DNA from: an uncultured Gammaproteobacteria bacterium
GTDB taxonomy: Bacteria > Patescibacteriota > Patescibacteriia > Magasanikbacterales > GWA2-37-8
NCBI GenBank assembly: GCA_964540825.1
Contig: CAZINT010000001.1
Location: 142,735-206,734, forward strand
Direction: 5' to 3'
Length of the DNA stretch: 64,000 bases
In this document: positions 34,460 to 44,074 of the stretch, piece after piece
Layout of the letters: every line of letters begins with the position of its first letter
Numbering within the stretch: position 1 is the first letter of the stretch
Notes under the pieces: generated by a model
The model's input: only the letters and a program-made list of their open reading frames with translations
The model's database searches: none
Told to the model about the DNA's origin: nothing
Program-made: the position numbers and the translations under genes

Positions 34460-37294
34460 ATGTCTTTTTTAACGAAAATTTTTGGCGATCCGAATGCCAA
34501 AGTGCTTAAAGAAATACAACCATTAGTTCAAAAAATTAATGAACTCGAGGCATCGCTTGCGCCGCTTTCAAATACTGAGCTCCAGGCCAAAACCCCGGAG
34601 TTTAAAGCCCGTCTTGCTAAAGGCGAAACACTTGACGATATTTTACCGGAAGCCTTTGCAGTTGTTCGTGAAGCGTCAAAACGCCTTACGGGCATGCGTC
34701 ATTTTGATTCGCAGTTGATCGGTGGTATTGCGCTCCATCGCGGCAACATTGCGGAAATGCACACGGGGGAAGGTAAGACGCTTACGGGAACGCTGCCGGT
34801 GTATTTGAATGCGCTTGCGGGTAAAGGTGTGCATGTTGTTACGGTCAACGATTACCTCGCCAAGCGTGACGCGGTTTGGATGGGGCAAATTTATGATTTT
34901 TTAGGACTCAGCGTTGGTATCATCCAAAATCAGTTGGTGTCATATCGTTATAACGCACTCGCCAAAGCAACGCCGGCGCTCGCCGAAGGAAGCGCGGAGG
35001 ACGCCGAGCGAGACCAAAAAGGAATGTTTAAGGTTGAGTATGATTATTTGGATGCTTGCTCGCGCCCGGCTGCGTACCAGTGTGATATTACCTACGGAAC
35101 CAACAATGAATTCGGTTTTGATTATTTGCGCGACAACATGGTGCAGTCGCTCGACGACCGGGCGCAGCGTGAATTGTATTTTGCTATTGTCGACGAAGTC
35201 GATTCTATTTTGATTGATGAAGCGCGTACCCCGCTCATTATTTCGGCTCCAGCCGAAGAGGCGGCGGATATGTACTACCGTTTTTCAGATTTAGTTGCGC
35301 AGCTGAATAAAACAGAAGATTATGTGGTAGACGAAAAGCTCCGCTCGGCAACGCTCACCGACGAGGGTATTAAAAAAATGGAACAATGGCTTGGCATTGA
35401 AAATATTTATGCTGAGGGCGGTATCACCACGGTGCATCATGTGGAGCAAGCGCTCCGGGCACGAGCGCTGTTTCAGCGTGACCGCGATTATGTTGTAGAA
35501 AATGGCGAGGTCGTGATCGTGGACGAATTTACCGGCCGCAAAATGCCGGGGCGCCGCTACAGTGAAGGCTTGCATCAGGCTATTGAAGCCCAGGAACGCG
35601 TTAAAATTCAGCGCGAGAGCCGTACGATGGCAACGGTCACGTTCCAGAATTATTTCCGCATGTATACGAAACTCTCCGGTATGACAGGTACGGCTGTAAC
35701 CGAAGCGGAAGAGTTCGGTAAGATATATAAGCTTGAAGTTGTCGTTATCCCAAGTAATAAAAAAAGTCAGCGCGTCGATCATCCTGATCGTATTTACAAA
35801 ACTGAAGACGCTAAATTCAGGGCAATCGCCAAACAAGTTCGGCTTTTGCAAGACAAGGGTCAGCCGGTTTTGATCGGTACGATCTCGGTACAAAAAAATG
35901 AACAATTAGCCGTGTATCTCGAGCAAGAGGGTGTGCAGTACCAAATGTTGAACGCCAAGAACCATGAACGCGAAGGTGAGATTGTGGCTCAGGCTGGCCG
36001 CCCGGGCGCTGTAACACTGGCCACCAACATGGCTGGTCGTGGTGTTGATATTATTATGGGCGGCAACCCGCCAGAAAAAGAATTGGCCGAAAAGGCGCGT
36101 AGCAGCGGCGGTTTGTTTGTTATTGGTACCGAGCGCCATGAATCACGCCGTATCGATAATCAGCTCCGCGGACGTTCTGGCCGCCAGGGTGACCCGGGTG
36201 AAACGCAGTTTTATCTTTCGACCGACGATGATCTCATGCGTATCTTTGCTGGAGAACGTCTTAAGCGTGCTATGGAAGCGCTCCGCGTGCCGGATGATAT
36301 GCCGATTGAGCAAAATACCATCACACGCCTTATTGAATCGGCGCAGCGCAAAGTAGAGGGTTTTCATTTTGATACGCGTAAAAATTTGCTTGAATACGAC
36401 GATGTTTTGAATCGTCACCGTGAAGTTATTTATGGCATGCGTTATCAGATTTTGAAAAGCTATAAGCAAGAAAAAGATCGTTTGGCCAGTGTAGTAGCAA
36501 CCACCCCTGCGACAAACCTGGATGTACAGGAGGTTGAAGTGAACGGTGAAGCAGCGCTGCGGCAGCGTATTTTCCAGATGATTGAAAGTGAGATTGAGCA
36601 GCTTGTTTCGTTCCACACCAATGCCGAAGACAAACATGATTGGCAGATGCAAGAAATTTATCAGACTGCGGCTACTATTTTTCCATTTTTCCCGGAAGAA
36701 AAAGAACAGCTCCTCAAGTTTGGTTCGTGGGGTGAACAGAAATTAGAAGCGGTCGAAGAACGTACCCGGGTGATAACCTTTTTGACTGATTTGGCAAAAC
36801 AAAAATACGAAGATTTGCTCGTCAAAAAAGCGGGCAAAGCTGAGTTTGTGCTGGAGATCGAAAAACAAATGCTGCTGCGTTCAATTGATAATTTATGGAT
36901 CGAACATTTGGTGGCGGTGGATTATCTGCGCACCGGTATCGGGCTGCGCGGCTATGGCCAGCGTGATCCACTCGTCGAATACAAAAAAGAAACCTTCCGT
37001 ATGTTTAACGAGTTGCTGAGCCTTATTCAAAAAGAAGTAGTCTACACGATTTTTAAAGTCAGTATCGGTATCGAGCTTGCTCCGAGCGTAATGGCTGCAA
37101 ACAATATGCAATTTCAAGGCGCTGAAAAGACGATGGGCGGAGAAATTACAAGTGCTGTTAATCGTGAACCAAAAAATGAAACCGGAGAAACGATTGGGCG
37201 CAACGATGTTTGTTTCTGCGGCAGCGGGGTTAAATATAAACGGTGCGGCATGGTGAACAGCGCCGAACATCAAAAATTTTTGGCCAAAAAATAA
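34460..37294 (+). CDS. secA: preprotein translocase ATPase SecA
   Basis: 944 aa; DEAD-like motor motifs (MHTGEGKT, DEVDSILIDEAR), C-terminal zinc motif CFCGSGVKYKRC. Confidence 0.95.
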   Translation: MSFLTKIFGDPNAKVLKEIQPLVQKINELEASLAPLSNTELQAKTPEFKARLAKGETLDDILPEAFAVVREASKRLTGMRHFDSQLIGGIALHRGNIAEMHTGEGKTLTGTLPVYLNALAGKGVHVVTVNDYLAKRDAVWMGQIYDFLGLSVGIIQNQLVSYRYNALAKATPALAEGSAEDAERDQKGMFKVEYDYLDACSRPAAYQCDITYGTNNEFGFDYLRDNMVQSLDDRAQRELYFAIVDEVDSILIDEARTPLIISAPAEEAADMYYRFSDLVAQLNKTEDYVVDEKLRSATLTDEGIKKMEQWLGIENIYAEGGITTVHHVEQALRARALFQRDRDYVVENGEVVIVDEFTGRKMPGRRYSEGLHQAIEAQERVKIQRESRTMATVTFQNYFRMYTKLSGMTGTAVTEAEEFGKIYKLEVVVIPSNKKSQRVDHPDRIYKTEDAKFRAIAKQVRLLQDKGQPVLIGTISVQKNEQLAVYLEQEGVQYQMLNAKNHEREGEIVAQAGRPGAVTLATNMAGRGVDIIMGGNPPEKELAEKARSSGGLFVIGTERHESRRIDNQLRGRSGRQGDPGETQFYLSTDDDLMRIFAGERLKRAMEALRVPDDMPIEQNTITRLIESAQRKVEGFHFDTRKNLLEYDDVLNRHREVIYGMRYQILKSYKQEKDRLASVVATTPATNLDVQEVEVNGEAALRQRIFQMIESEIEQLVSFHTNAEDKHDWQMQEIYQTAATIFPFFPEEKEQLLKFGSWGEQKLEAVEERTRVITFLTDLAKQKYEDLLVKKAGKAEFVLEIEKQMLLRSIDNLWIEHLVAVDYLRTGIGLRGYGQRDPLVEYKKETFRMFNELLSLIQKEVVYTIFKVSIGIELAPSVMAANNMQFQGAEKTMGGEITSAVNREPKNETGETIGRNDVCFCGSGVKYKRCGMVNSAEHQKFLAKK

Positions 37295-37297
37295 ACT

Positions 37298-37756
37298 ATG
37301 GCTGCACAAAAATATTGGCTCCTTAAAAGTGAACCGTCCGCATATTCAATTGATGATTTGAAGCGTGATGGAACAACGATCTGGGAAGGGGTGCGCAATT
37401 ATCAGGCGCGCAATTTTATGCGTGATGAGATGCGAGTGGGGGATTTATTTTTGTTCTATCATTCCAATACAGACCCAACAGGTGTTGTGGGTATAGGCAA
37501 AATTGCCGAAGTTGGCGTGCCAGACCCAAGCGCGCTTGACTCAAAAAGTGAATACCATGATCCCAAAGCGACAAAAGAAAAAAATCCTTGGATTACTGTG
37601 CGTGTTCAGTTTGTAAAAAAATTGCCCAAACTTATTTCACTTGAAACGATCAAACAGCACGCTGTGCTTAAAAAAATGTTGGTGGCACAGAAGGGAGTGA
37701 GACTTTCAGTGCAGCCAGTCATACATGAAGCATTTGATATAATTACTGCAATGTAA
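37298..37756 (+). CDS. EVE (PUA-like) domain protein
   Basis: YWLLKSEP..Y.I..L..DG.T.WEGVRN.QARN.MR..M..GD.FLFYHS. Confidence 0.7.
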   Translation: MAAQKYWLLKSEPSAYSIDDLKRDGTTIWEGVRNYQARNFMRDEMRVGDLFLFYHSNTDPTGVVGIGKIAEVGVPDPSALDSKSEYHDPKATKEKNPWITVRVQFVKKLPKLISLETIKQHAVLKKMLVAQKGVRLSVQPVIHEAFDIITAM

Positions 37757-37761
37757 AAATT

Positions 37762-37790
37762 AAAAAACATCCCCACGGATGTTTTTTAAT
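37762..37790 (+). terminator. intrinsic terminator
   Basis: AAAACATCC-ccac-GGATGTTTT followed by TTAATT. Confidence 0.5.
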
Positions 37791-37883
37791 TCCCTTATTT
37801 TAGCGACGAATAGGCATCGCCATAATAGGGGAGGAGAACGTGCCATCCTCCCGTTTAAAAGGTGGAGGCGAGATTTCTCCTTA

Positions 37884-38339
37884 TCAGCGAAGCTGGGAGT
37901 ATATTTGGTGCACCGCCAGACCACCCAAGAGAACCATGATCCCGAAGGCTGTTGCGACGAGCGTGTCGTCGAGGCGAAAGCCGGTTACGTTATAGAACCG
38001 TTTTTCCAGACTCACTCGCCGAATAGGCGGAGGGAGTGGTGTGACCTGTTGGGTAGGTGTTGCATCGCGGCCAGCACTTGTTGCTGCGACCACCAAGGTG
38101 CTCTGGCGAGTACTCCTGGTATTGATGTCGAGCTTGAGGGTGTCACGCTGCGAAGGTGGCAGCGCGTCTTGCGCAGGCAGAACCGGTGGCGCCGCCGGCG
38201 GTGTTGGTAGGGTAAGGGCGTCTGGATTGTTGCCGGGGGCTGCGTCAGCCTTCTTTCCAAAGGGCACGGGCACCATACGGCGAGTGCCGCTAGGGCCGTA
38301 GTGGTCCACAAGTGGGGGTCTGCGGCGATATTTTGCCAT
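37884..38339 (-). CDS. hypothetical Pro-rich tail-anchored membrane protein in GC-rich islet
   Basis: ATG at 38339 with perfect GGAGGT RBS. MAKYRRRPP.., Pro-rich middle, single C-terminal TM IMVLLGGLAVHQIY. ~58% GC. The longer listed ORF (to 38831) overlaps the UDG gene and is rejected. Confidence 0.5.
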   Translation of the reverse strand: MAKYRRRPPLVDHYGPSGTRRMVPVPFGKKADAAPGNNPDALTLPTPPAAPPVLPAQDALPPSQRDTLKLDINTRSTRQSTLVVAATSAGRDATPTQQVTPLPPPIRRVSLEKRFYNVTGFRLDDTLVATAFGIMVLLGGLAVHQIYSQLR

Positions 38340-38492
38340 GGTTACCTCCGTAATTTTTCCGGTTGGCACGAGGCGTAAAATGCGCTTCAGGCTAACCGGA
38401 CAAATGGAGTAATAACGCGTAAGAATACTATTAATGGCACTGCCTGTCAAGTATGGTTGCTCTTGACGTGACACTCTGATAGGCTTAAGGAT

Positions 38493-39101
38493 ATGGTAAA
38501 AATTTCTTCTAAAATACAAAAAAAACAGCAATCGCTCAATGCCATAGCGGCGGAAATCGCCTGCTGCAAAATATGTCAGAAAAATAAAATTGGTGTATCG
38601 GTACCAGGGGAAGGCAACCCTGACGCTGCTATAGTTTTTTTGGGTGAGGCGCCCGGTAAGCAAGAAGCGATCACGGGCAGGCCGTTTATCGGTCGCTCCG
38701 GAAAAGTGTTGCGCGACCTCATTGGCGAACTTGGGCTTACTACCGAAGAAGTCTTTATAACCAGTCCGGTGAAGTATTTGCCAGAGTATGTAACACCCAC
38801 TCCCGAGGATATTGTTCATGGTAAAGTGCATTTAGAAAAACAATTGGCAATTATCGAGCCTAAAGTGATTGTGCTCTTAGGGCGCGTGGCAGCACTCGCC
38901 GTACTTGGTAATGTAGGAGCAGTTCTTAAAAATCACGGCACAGTCATAGAACAAGATGGGCGAAACTATTTTGTCACCATACATCCTGCAGCACCGCTGT
39001 ATGCCCCCAAACTTAAATCTGTTTTAGTTGCTGACTTTAAAAAATTGAAGCTTTTTTTAAAGCGCCAAGCTACGCCAGCTAAGTCGGGCTCTAAAAATTA
39101 A
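38493..39101 (+). CDS. uracil-DNA glycosylase, family 4
   Basis: GEGNPDAAIVFLGEAPGKQEAITGRPFIGRSGKVL (GEAPG motif) and a C-terminal HPAAPLY-type motif. Confidence 0.8.
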   Translation: MVKISSKIQKKQQSLNAIAAEIACCKICQKNKIGVSVPGEGNPDAAIVFLGEAPGKQEAITGRPFIGRSGKVLRDLIGELGLTTEEVFITSPVKYLPEYVTPTPEDIVHGKVHLEKQLAIIEPKVIVLLGRVAALAVLGNVGAVLKNHGTVIEQDGRNYFVTIHPAAPLYAPKLKSVLVADFKKLKLFLKRQATPAKSGSKN

Positions 39102-39201
39102 ATAATGGCTTAAGAAAGACCTTTTTTAGGGCGTATAATCCACTTGCCAAAATGCGCGAGAAAGAGTAAGATGCTGGAGAAATTAGTTATTAATAACCCC
39201 T

Positions 39202-41253
39202 ATGCCTGTTAAACCCATGCGCGCTAGCAAGACGCCAACTCGCTCCCAAGTGAAGTCTCGATTGGCTGGTATTTTGATTCTCGTTGTTTTTTGTGCAATT
39301 GTTGCGGCTCCGAGTGTGGCTAATAAAGGAATAGATTGGGTAAACACCAAAGCCAACCTTGGTTTACCGCGCTTACCGGATAAAGGGTATAATTTAGGCC
39401 TTGATCTGCAAGGCGGCGCACATTTAATTTATCAGGCAAAGACCGACGCTATCCCCGAGGCTGATAAAGCCAGTTCCGTGGAAGGTGTGCGTGATGTTAT
39501 TGAACGCCGTGTGCGCGGCGGCCTTGGAGTAGCTGAACCGCTCGTCCAGACAACGAAAGTTGGCGGTGATTATCGTATTATTGTTGAGCTTCCGGGTGTT
39601 ACGGATGTAAATGAGGCAATCAAGAGTATCGGTGAAACACCGGTTTTGGAATTTAAAGAGGCAAATAACGAACCGCCCCGCGAGCTTACTGCCGAGGAAA
39701 CTAAACAATTAACAGCATTTAATAAAGCCGCCGACACCAAGGCAAAAGAAGCGCTGAGAGCCGTGCAAAAAGGGATGAATTTTGCCGAAGCCGCCACAAA
39801 ATATTCTGAAGACGACACGACTAAGGCAGTGGGCGGTGATCTTGGTTTTATTGACGACACGCTCTATCCAGAAATTTTTGCTTGGGCAAAATCTCATAAG
39901 ATTAATGAAGTAAGTTCAGCTCCGATTAGCGGCTCGACAGGACTTAATATTGTTAAGAAGTTAGCCGAAAAAGATGGCGAAAAAGAAGTAGCTGCTTCCC
40001 ATCTACTTATTTGTTATAAAGGCGCTGAACGCTGCGACAACCCGCAGTATCAGACCAAAGAAGAAGCCCTCGCTAAAATTCAGGAAATTCGCAAAACAAT
40101 TACTGCCAAAAATTTTGCCGAAATGGTTAAGAAATATTCTACTGAACCAGGAGCGGCAACCAGCGGAGGTGTACTTGGTACCTTTAAAAAAGGAACTATG
40201 GTCACAGCGTTTGAAAATGCTGTTTGGGATCAGCCGGTTGGTACTATTACCGAGCCGGTCGAAACGCAGTTTGGCTATCATTTGATCTATAAAACAGGGG
40301 AGACGATCAGTAAGCAATATCAAGTTGCCCGTATTTTGGTAAAAACTAAAACCAAAGCGGATATCGTTCCTCCGGCTGAACAGTGGAAATCGAGCGGCCT
40401 TACCGGTAAGCAGCTTAAGCGTGCCGAAGTTACTCAGGATCAGCGCACTGGTGAAATTCAGGTCAGTTTGAACTTTGATGACGCAGGGACGAAATTATTC
40501 GGTGAAATTACCGGACGAAATATCGGTAAATCAGTAGCGGTATTTTTGGATGGTGAAATTATTTCGGCTCCGGTAGTGAATGCTGCAATTACGACAGGTA
40601 GCGCGGTTATTACCGGTGGATTTAGCCTTAGCGATGCCAAGTTACTTGCGCAACGTCTTAATTCCGGTGCGCTTCCTGTACCAGTTGAACTCTTAAGTCA
40701 GCAAACTGTGGACGCTACGCTCGGTGCTGATTCGCTTACGAAGAGTTTCCGCGCAGGTATCTATGGACTTATTGCGGTTATGCTGTTTATGATTGTGTAC
40801 TACCGCTTACCGGGTCTTTTATCGGTATTTTCATTGGCATTTTACGCGCTTCTGAGCATGGCTGTCTTTAGGCTGATTGGCGTTACGCTAACGCTGTCTG
40901 GTATAGCCGGGTTTATTTTGTCGATTGGTATGGCGGTTGACGCGAACGTGCTTGTGTTTGAGCGCCTAAAAGAAGAATTAATCGGCGGCCGTACGCTTAA
41001 AGCCGCAACCGAAGAAGCCTTCTTACGCTCCTGGCCATCGATTCGCGATAGCCATATTACCGCGCTTATCAGCTGCGTGTTCTTGATCTGGTTTGGCAGC
41101 GGCTTTATTCAAGGTTTTGCCGTTATCTTGGCTGTTGGTACGCTTATTAACCTGTTCACTGCGATTACCGTTACTCGTACGATCATGCGTTTCATTTTTG
41201 ACCATATTAATGAAAAGGCGAATGCTTTATTCTTAGGCCACCGAGCACAATAG
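39202..41253 (+). CDS. secD: protein translocase subunit SecD with two parvulin-type PPIase domains inserted in the periplasmic head
   Basis: SecD signatures GLDLQGG and C-terminal 6-TM domain (GMAVDANVLVFERLKEE). Residues ~155–395 carry two PpiC/parvulin domains (..KYSEDDTTKAVGGDLGFI.. and ..HLLI..KKYSTEPGAATSGGVLGTF..MVTAFE..TQFGYHLIYK). Confidence 0.85.
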   Translation: MPVKPMRASKTPTRSQVKSRLAGILILVVFCAIVAAPSVANKGIDWVNTKANLGLPRLPDKGYNLGLDLQGGAHLIYQAKTDAIPEADKASSVEGVRDVIERRVRGGLGVAEPLVQTTKVGGDYRIIVELPGVTDVNEAIKSIGETPVLEFKEANNEPPRELTAEETKQLTAFNKAADTKAKEALRAVQKGMNFAEAATKYSEDDTTKAVGGDLGFIDDTLYPEIFAWAKSHKINEVSSAPISGSTGLNIVKKLAEKDGEKEVAASHLLICYKGAERCDNPQYQTKEEALAKIQEIRKTITAKNFAEMVKKYSTEPGAATSGGVLGTFKKGTMVTAFENAVWDQPVGTITEPVETQFGYHLIYKTGETISKQYQVARILVKTKTKADIVPPAEQWKSSGLTGKQLKRAEVTQDQRTGEIQVSLNFDDAGTKLFGEITGRNIGKSVAVFLDGEIISAPVVNAAITTGSAVITGGFSLSDAKLLAQRLNSGALPVPVELLSQQTVDATLGADSLTKSFRAGIYGLIAVMLFMIVYYRLPGLLSVFSLAFYALLSMAVFRLIGVTLTLSGIAGFILSIGMAVDANVLVFERLKEELIGGRTLKAATEEAFLRSWPSIRDSHITALISCVFLIWFGSGFIQGFAVILAVGTLINLFTAITVTRTIMRFIFDHINEKANALFLGHRAQ

Positions 41254-41254
41254 T

Positions 41255-42163
41255 ATGAAATTTCCTTTTATCCGTTATACCAAAGTTTGGCTTACCATTG
41301 CCTCGGCTACAGTCGTTATTTGTCTTGCGATGGTTATTGGTTGGGGTTTAAAGCCGGGTATCGATTTTACCGGGGGTTCGCTCATGGAACTAACCTTCTC
41401 TAAGAATCGCCCCGATGTCGCCCCGATGCAAAAGATTTTTGAAGATTTAGGTGAGAAAGATACTATCATTCAAAAATCTGGTGACAATAAAATGCTGGTT
41501 CGCACAGGTTTTCTTCAGGAAGATCAGCACCAGAAGGCCCTTAAAGCTGTAAAAACGGCCTTTGAGAAAGACGGGGCTACTGTTCGCGAAGATAGTTTTG
41601 AAACGATTGGTGCGGTTGTCAGTCAGCAGCTTCGCCAGCGTTCTATTTGGGCTATTAGCTTGGTATGTCTCAGTATTATTTTGTACCTTGCTTACGCGTT
41701 TCGTAAAGTTTCCAAGCCGATTGCTAGTTGGAAATACGGCCTCCTTGCTGTAGTTGCCCTGGTGCATGATGTCATTTTGGTGCTTGGTGTATTTGCTGCC
41801 CTCGGTCACTTCTTTGGTGTTGAGGTAGATATTGCGTTTGTGGTTGCTATCCTTACGGTGCTTGGGTACTCGGTAAACGACACTATCGTAGTATACGATC
41901 GTATTCGTGAAAATTTACAGCGTCATAGCTCGCCTGATTTTGGCGAAGTTGTAAATAACGGCTTAAACGATACTCTGGCGCGTTCAATCAATACGACACT
42001 CACGGTACTTTTGCCGCTGTTTGCTCTATATTTCATTGGTGGTCCTACGATTCATAACTTTGCCTTAGCACTTCTTATCGGTATGGCTAGTGGTGCGTAT
42101 TCTTCCATCTTCATTGCTAGTCCGCTTTTGGTAGTTGCCGAACGTTTGCAGCGCCGGGCATAA
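41255..42163 (+). CDS. secF: protein translocase subunit SecF
   Basis: 6-TM SecF with GIDFTGGS and the periplasmic loop. Confidence 0.9.
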   Translation: MKFPFIRYTKVWLTIASATVVICLAMVIGWGLKPGIDFTGGSLMELTFSKNRPDVAPMQKIFEDLGEKDTIIQKSGDNKMLVRTGFLQEDQHQKALKAVKTAFEKDGATVREDSFETIGAVVSQQLRQRSIWAISLVCLSIILYLAYAFRKVSKPIASWKYGLLAVVALVHDVILVLGVFAALGHFFGVEVDIAFVVAILTVLGYSVNDTIVVYDRIRENLQRHSSPDFGEVVNNGLNDTLARSINTTLTVLLPLFALYFIGGPTIHNFALALLIGMASGAYSSIFIASPLLVVAERLQRRA

Positions 42164-42174
42164 AAAGCATTTTC

Positions 42175-42212
42175 AAAACAATCTTACTCTTAAGAGTAAG
42201 ATTGTTTTTTTT
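42175..42212 (+). terminator. intrinsic terminator after secDF
   Basis: AACAATCTTACTC-ttaa-GAGTAAGATTGTT followed by a T9 run. Confidence 0.65.
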
Positions 42213-42293
42213 TCTTGTGCATGGTATATTTTACAACAGTAATGATCGATAAAAGAGTAGCTTAAAATTTTTTTCTGGCAATTTACTTTTTGT

Positions 42294-42455
42294 ATGAGTG
42301 ATTCCTTCATCCGTCATCTCGTGGCCATCATCGCCACTATTATCTGTCTTCTAGCCTATTTTGCCGGCTATATCTCCGGTCAAAATGGCTGGTGGTGGAC
42401 TGCGGTAATGGTGCTTGTCATCTACGGCGGCGTCTATCGCATTATTGATAAATAG
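42294..42455 (+). CDS. small hypothetical membrane protein (53 aa)
   Basis: MSDSFIRHLVAIIATIICLLAYFAGYISGQNGWWWTAVMVLVIYGGVYRIIDK; two hydrophobic helices. Below the ORF-track cutoff. Confidence 0.3.
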   Translation: MSDSFIRHLVAIIATIICLLAYFAGYISGQNGWWWTAVMVLVIYGGVYRIIDK

Positions 42456-42548
42456 CTGATAGCTCGAAATTGGTAATGTGAAATATGCACTGAAGCAGCG
42501 TGTGAGTCCCTGCAGAACAAGCTACAAGATTTGAGTTACAAGAGTATT

Positions 42549-44021
42549 ATGGAAAGTTTTTTAACACTCCCTTTTGGTATAAATCTGAACCTGTCGTTTT
42601 GGCAGAATCTTTTTTTGTTGCCGCCGTATGAGTTAATTATTTTTTTGTTTGGCCTGGGCGGCTGGACCGCGCTCGCACTCATCTTTTTTTTCATGGGTTC
42701 CGAGCTGTGGAAAAGTTATCGCCAAGATAAATATTCCAAAAAATGGCAGTGGGTAGTGCTTGCGGTTGATGTCCCTGCGCTCTTTATTCAAACTCCAAAG
42801 GCAGTCGAACAGATTTTTGTCCACCTGAGTGGTGCCCGGGTTGCTCCTAATATCGGCCAAAAATATTGGCAAGGACAAAAGCAAAAAAGTTTTAGTTTTG
42901 AAATTGTCAGTATCGAAGGATATATTCAGTTTTTAATTCGCACGGAAATTGAATTCCGTGATCTGGTTGAAGCAGCTATTTATGCCCAGTATACTGAAGC
43001 CGAAATTACTGAAGTGGAGGATTATGTGGATAATATTCCGTCGCATTACCCGCACCCTAATTATGATATGTATGGCATCGAATTTGCGCTCGAGGAGCAT
43101 ACTGCTTTTCCGATCCGTACATATCCAAGCTTTGAATACAATTTGAGTAAAGATGCGGTGTTTAGCGACCCTATGGCGGCGATACTTGAAAACTTTAGCC
43201 GTATTGGCCGGGGAGAGAATTTTTGGATGCAAATCATTATTGAGCCAACCAGTAATAGCTGGAAAAAAGAAGGTATTGAACTTGTTAAAGCCTTTGTTGC
43301 CGGTAAAGGGAGTGTGGGGCATGGTGGTCATGGCGGACACGGAGGTGGTGGTGTGCTGAGCAGTGTGTTGTCGGGAATTATGAGTGTGGCTAATACCATA
43401 ATTAAAGAAATTGGGACAGCGCTTTTGGGCGGCGGTGAGGATCACCACGATGCCGGTGGGCACGATGCGCATGAAGAGGGTAAACTAAGCGACTTGTCGC
43501 CGGGTAATAAGGCGGTTATCGAAGCGATTGAACAGAAAATTGCTAAAATCGGCTTCAAAACCAAACTGCGCATACTCTATGCTGCCCGTAAAGAGGTGTT
43601 TAACCCTGGAAAATGTGTGGGCGGGTTTGTGGGTGCTATGAATCAATTTCATGTTCAGAACAGTAATGCGCTTGTGCCGCACCATGATACGTCAGCCCAT
43701 TACCTATGGGCTAAGTCGCGAACTGATCACCACAAACATCATTTTACCGGAGCGTTTAAGAAACGAAAGTTAAAAGCACTTGGTAATCCGTATATTCTGA
43801 ATATTGAAGAATTAGCTACTATTTGGCACTTCCCACTACCATTTGTCAAAACACCGCTTATCCAAAAAGCCGGTGCCAAACGGGCCGAACCTCCAATGGG
43901 TCTGCCGGTCGAAGCCAGCGAAAGCCCGCTCAAACGCCGTACACCGGTGCCACAAGGGCCTGCAACACCCCCACCAGCTGCTGTGGTACCCGAAGCCCCC
44001 GAAGATCTGCCGTATGGCTAA
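42549..44021 (+). CDS. hypothetical membrane protein, paralog of the N-terminal domain of the 50872..53424 ATPase
   Basis: N-terminal TMs. Blocks FEIV..RDLVEAAIYAQYTEAEITEVEDY and ATIWHFPLPFVKTPLIQKAGAKRAEPPMGLP align with the ATPase N-domain. His/Gly-rich insert GHGGHGGHGGGG..HHDAGGHDAHEEG. Confidence 0.55.
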   Translation: MESFLTLPFGINLNLSFWQNLFLLPPYELIIFLFGLGGWTALALIFFFMGSELWKSYRQDKYSKKWQWVVLAVDVPALFIQTPKAVEQIFVHLSGARVAPNIGQKYWQGQKQKSFSFEIVSIEGYIQFLIRTEIEFRDLVEAAIYAQYTEAEITEVEDYVDNIPSHYPHPNYDMYGIEFALEEHTAFPIRTYPSFEYNLSKDAVFSDPMAAILENFSRIGRGENFWMQIIIEPTSNSWKKEGIELVKAFVAGKGSVGHGGHGGHGGGGVLSSVLSGIMSVANTIIKEIGTALLGGGEDHHDAGGHDAHEEGKLSDLSPGNKAVIEAIEQKIAKIGFKTKLRILYAARKEVFNPGKCVGGFVGAMNQFHVQNSNALVPHHDTSAHYLWAKSRTDHHKHHFTGAFKKRKLKALGNPYILNIEELATIWHFPLPFVKTPLIQKAGAKRAEPPMGLPVEASESPLKRRTPVPQGPATPPPAAVVPEAPEDLPYG

Positions 44022-44024
44022 AAA

Positions 44025-44062
44025 TAAAAACCGTTCCATGCTGGAGCGGTTTTTATTTTGGG
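44025..44062. terminator. bidirectional hairpin terminator
   Basis: AAAACCGTTCCATG-c-TGGAGCGGTTTT, flanked by A-runs and T-runs. Confidence 0.5.
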
Positions 44063-44074
44063 GGAGGGGAATCG

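Noticed and set aside
37779-38301. Plus-strand Arg/Cys/Trp-rich ORFs (143 aa, 86 aa) in the second GC-rich islet
   Set aside because: Compositionally implausible; antisense to the RBS-supported minus-strand gene.
37884-38831. 315-aa minus-strand ORF as printed in the ORF track
   Set aside because: Its 5' 490 nt overlap the well-supported family-4 UDG gene on the plus strand. An internal ATG at 38339 with a perfect GGAGGT RBS gives a sensible 151-aa product.
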